Source: Haliotis cracherodii (lineage: Eukaryota). From it: a DNA stretch of 64,000 nucleotides. The notes beneath the pieces were generated by a model. That model saw only the letters and a list, made by a program, of their open reading frames with translations, was not told the DNA's origin and did not search any database. Shown one piece after another: positions 59,401 to 64,000 of this stretch. The translations under genes and the position numbers were made by a program. How positions within the stretch are numbered: the first letter of the stretch is position 1; each line of letters starts with the position of its first letter. Location: NCBI RefSeq assembly GCF_022045235.1, contig NW_027266269.1:35774001-35838000 (forward strand). Direction: 5' to 3'.

Positions 59401-62400
59401 TTATCCTTTGGCTTTATCCTGCCGAGAAACCTACCCATTATATGATAAAAGAAGTTATTAGTCGTTTTAATGGAGACGTGGCAATCTCAACCATCAACCG
59501 ACTCAACAACCTTGAGAACAAGTACATCCATTCTTCCAACCACCTTACGTTCTTGATGCGATGCAGAGACAACAAACTCGTGCCTAAAGGCCTACAGCTA
59601 AGAAGCCCTGTCGACACACCAGCAGCACGCGCCATCCTCCAGAAAGCCTCGCAACACCTAGTCATAGAACGGATACGCCACCATCGCAAGACCAAGTCCT
59701 TCACCCTGGATGCTATCACTAAACATCAAAACTACCTCCAATCAGTCCTTACAGACCAAGCTCTTAATTGTAATAAAGAAGTTGTTCATCCATAAATTCT
59801 TATCCTTACTTAGTACTCCAACTTCTAAATGCCTATCAAAGAAGATATTTACTAATGTTTGTGAAACAATATATGTCTTCTAGAATAAAATATTTAATAA
59901 ATATACTTCTTACACCAATTGTATTATTTAACAATTATAAGAAATATTTTAACACATATCACGACATCATGAGCTTCGATCCACGCAATTGGGATATGAT
60001 GACATGCATCAACCAAATCAGCGAGTCTGACCACCCGATTCCGTTAGTCGCCTCTTACGACAAGCATGGGTTGCTGAAGACCTCTTCTACCCCGGATCCT
60101 CACGGGTCGCGTGCCACCGGTGGGGCGGGATATGCGCACCTTATCATGAACACCTAGAATCATTACAATTTGTTTTATATAGAATAAAAAAAAGTGCTTC
60201 AGATAGAATCGTACACTCGCCACTTCTTTTGGTTTAGATTTCCTATGACAATGGGAAGAGTTTTGCAGCTTTATTAATTTAGATATGGGCTTCGTGAGGA
60301 TTCCGGGTTAGAAGACGTCCACAATAAACAATGCGTGCCGTAAGAGGAGATTAGTGAGTGAGTGAGTGAGTTGGGTTTAACGCCACTTTTAACAGTATTC
60401 CAGTTATACCACGGCGTGTCAGCTTAATGTGGGAGGAAAGCCCGAAGTGATGCAGGTCTCAGACGTTTACCACTTCGTTGCAACCCACGGGTATGGTGCT
60501 GACAAAACCTAGGAACATAATCGGGGCGAACCGGGATTCGAACACACAATCATAGGTTTCTGGCGTGCCCAAGGGACGCAACACTGCACAGCGAATCGCG
60601 GTGCCTTAGACGACTGGGCCACCCGTGCCCCCAAGAGGGAATTAAATTATCGGGAACGTTGCTCAAAATATCAAACATTGACTTGTCTTGTCTAGAACCG
60701 ATTATTTTCCGGCCGCAGTCATATAGCTTGATCAGTGCTCACTCCGACGTGAAACTATAGATGTATCTGGAAAATAGTGTCCTTCTTCATATGACCATGA
60801 ATACAATTGTGAGATAATACATCTTGACAAATTATTCTACAGGCAAAACCCACAAGATTCCAACATGTCCAACAGAGACCAAGAAAAGGTGACTATTGTC
60901 AAAGGTATGTGAACTAGAACTGAAGTCAATACCTTGTATCTGACCTCTGTCAAACTTGTTATATCGACATCGACGGATGTCTACTGAAAGCAAAAGACAA
61001 CTCATCCGAAGAGTACATTAAAGAGTAAAAAGAATTCAGTTCATTACTTTTATTCTTCTAAAATAATGATCACATTTATTTTGCAAAACATGACCAAGCT
61101 CCTAAACATTTAGAAAACAAAAGCTGATCACGTACCCAAATCCTTTCCTGAAACTGAAATGGTTGCTCCCTCACAGTCTTGTGAATAATTAGTCACTCTG
61201 AATCTGTATGCATATCACTAAATTTTAATCATGGAACTGATGAGGCGGTTCCAATGGCCTCTTTAATTTCACGTTCAGTTGCCTAAGTCAGTGGAGTTAG
61301 TGAGTGAGTTGGGTTTAACGCCGCTTTTAACAGTATTCCAGTTATATCGCGGCGTGTCAGCTAAATGTGGGAGGAAAGCCCAAAGTGATGCAGGTCTAAG
61401 ACGTTTACCACTTCGATGAAACCCACGAGCACGGGTATGGTGCTGACAAACCTAGAAACATAATCGGGGCGAACCGGGATTCGAACCCACAATCATAGGT
61501 TTCTGGCGTGCCCAAGGGACGCAACTCTGCACAGCAGATCGCGCCGCCTTAAACGACTGGGCCACCCGTGCCCCCCTAAGTCAGTGGAAGGAAACGTGCT
61601 ACTTGATAATTTTTGAAAGATATCAGTCATTCATATACCTGAAGCATGAATTGAACTTCGCATGTTTCCATTTTGCCACTCCGATCAGACATTCCGATTC
61701 ATATGCATAAAGAAACAGATTTAAACGAAACTCGCTGACACCACACGAGACAAAGAAGCAGGTGCTCTCTAAAGATGTGATGCATATAATGCTTGCAGAC
61801 AAAAGAGAGACGTGGGGCCATCGAGTGGATGGCATCATCACCTTGTTGGGATACAGTGTAGGGGAGGGAACTCTGCTCAAGTTCCCTTATCTCTGTGCAA
61901 GGAATGGCGGAGGTATGTATACAGGATCAACACGCATGCATGTGTCACAGGATGAATGACAACACCAACAGGATATACACCTTAAATTTTGAAGTTGCAA
62001 CCATGCATCCACAGAAAAGAAAGCAAGGCGTTCAATGCTTATTGGAGTCTTGTGACAGCTGTATTGTGTGACGAATATTTGTCATAAATATCTCAGCATT
62101 AAGCTGAAAGTAACATCCATTTTCATAATTTCCGAGATGAATATAAACAAGAAATATACAATCATGCTTTTGAAAGACGACATCTGTACTATATCCTTAT
62201 TCAAATTAATTTTCAAATCTCTTGTGGGTAAAATTGCAAGATGGAAAATTTTGAAATGAAACTTGCATGTAGCCTACCCGTTTGAAACCTGCATATATAC
62301 AGTAAACTACGTTTAAAACGAACTGACGGATGTAACGAACTAAAACCAGTGGTCCCTTTTAGTTCGTAATAACCGTCATTAACTGTATTCTGAATATTCT

Positions 62401-64000
62401 TGTTATCAAATGAGACATTTGGTGGCTTATAAGATAAAGCCTTCGCTCATCACTCCCAAGTTGGAGGTTCAATTCCCCACTCACAGTAATCCTTAAAAGC
62501 GTGGGAAAGTCCTACTCACACACAGATGAATGTGGTCCTTTCCTCAGGAGCCTTCCTGATTCCCTACCTGGTGTTTGTGGGTCTCTGTTCTCTCCCGCTA
62601 TACTTCCTGGAGGTCGTCATCGGGCAGTACTACCAGAGGGGTCCTGTTGAGGTGTGGAAATTTTGTCCAGCAATGAAAGGTATTTACATTTTGATGATTT
62701 TATATAAATATATTTCGAGTAAATTAAGATGCACTCAGTTTTATTTACCGGTAGTTTTCACTTTTTTTATGTTACTAATTTTGTGGTCTGCGAGAAGGAA
62801 GTAATAGGTGAACATCGTGAAGCGTTTTAGGTGGAAAAATGAGCATTTTGTGTTTGTGTATGTTGTTGTCGGAAGGGACTTGAGGTAGATGGCCTTAAGT
62901 AATAATTATATTACTTTTCTGTTTCGAAGTTTTGCATAACATATCCTCTAAACGTGTTACATTTTTTTACTTTTAAACGTAATGGGTGTGCACAGATCTT
63001 TGTGCAGCGTTAGGTACACTGAGATTTGAATGTAATGGGATTTGATTGACATGACATTTTGTGTTGGTGTTGTAGTCCAATAAGGGTTTCATGTGTGTTC
63101 CAGGTATCAAAAATAAGCCATATGTAATTTTAATTCCAAAACAAATTGACAAATTTGGTCTCGCCTCTTGGGATCAACAACTACACTTCACTGCACGGAA
63201 ATGTAAAGCTTTTCAGTCAGTCTCACAATTGGTGTCACATCGTATGCTGAATGAAGGTGATAAAAGTAAAACATATACAGTCGGTACAAAAGTATTCTAA
63301 TTTAATAGGGGCGGTCGGGTAGCCTAGTGGTTAAAGCGTTCGCTCGCCACGCCGAAGACCCGGGTTCGATTCCCGAAATGGGTACAAAGTGTGGAGCCAA
63401 TTTCTGTGTTTTTCGCCGTGATATTGCTGGAATATTGCTAAAAGCAGTGTAAAACCTTACTCACTCTCTCACTCTAATTTAATAACGTATATTTTGTAAA
63501 TACCATATACCAATTTTTGCATCTAAATTTCTGCCTTAATGATGATCACACTCTATGAAACACCGTGAAGATCAGGGGTAGAAAAGGACTTCAGCAACCC
63601 ATGCTTGTCGTAAAAGGCGACTATGCTTGTAAGAGGCGACTGACGGGAACGGGTGGTCAGGCTTGCTGAATTTGTTGATGCATGTCATCGTATCTCAGTT
63701 GTGTAGATCGATGTTTAATCGATCAATACGTATTGCAAACCTATTCTGTCTCAACATCCCAGATGAAAATATATAGTCGATCCGTCATCGATAATCTGTG
63801 TCATTCGATCAGGTCTGGGTTTTGGGTCGGCGTTGGTGTCGTGGGTGTACGCCATGTACACGTCCATGTACTTCTCCTGGTATCTCTACTACTTCTTCAA
63901 CTCCTTCTTCAACCCCCTGCCCTGGTCCACCTGTGGCAACCCCTGGAACACGCCCAGCTGCGTGGAGTCGACGCTGTATGGGCACCAAGGGATGAACACC
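56445..64000 (+). repeat. Segmental duplicate of about 10007-17620
   Basis: Colinear SINEs, introns and exons; several indels in the first 2.3 kb, almost identical afterwards. Confidence 0.95.
60865..64000 (+). CDS. SLC6 copy 2 (partial; exons 60865-60904, 61799-61912, 62548-62679, 63813 to window end)
   Basis: Near-identical to copy 1 at offset 46369-46380; one visible V>I change in exon 1; runs off the window. Confidence 0.9.

Overview
Eukaryotic, AT-rich, repeat-dense animal genomic DNA; the SINE content suggests a gastropod mollusc such as abalone (inference). (1) A complete 14-coding-exon SLC6/NSS transporter gene on + (14496-36134, 595 aa) with an intact fold and exon phases but a rewritten substrate/ion-binding core. 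(2) A 10.2-kb Maverick/Polinton (adintovirus-type) endogenous virus in one of its introns (19604-29805; 6-bp TSD CTCGCA, about 550-bp TIRs). It encodes packaging ATPase, two PW-like paralogs, PZ, integrase, a 2-TM protein, penton, core protein, hexon and adenain protease, but has no protein-primed DNA polymerase. Penton, hexon and protease carry stops. Most of its genes have a TATA-like box 31-32 nt upstream of an initiator. (3) A near-identical second copy of the SLC6 locus begins about 46.4 kb downstream (about 56445 to window end), with the breakpoint inside a chimeric retroposon. The rest is four SINE-like families, a decayed I-group LINE, Tc1, hAT and Harbinger-type elements, a Penelope fragment, foldbacks and minisatellites. 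Family assignments come from motif recognition by eye; no searches were run.
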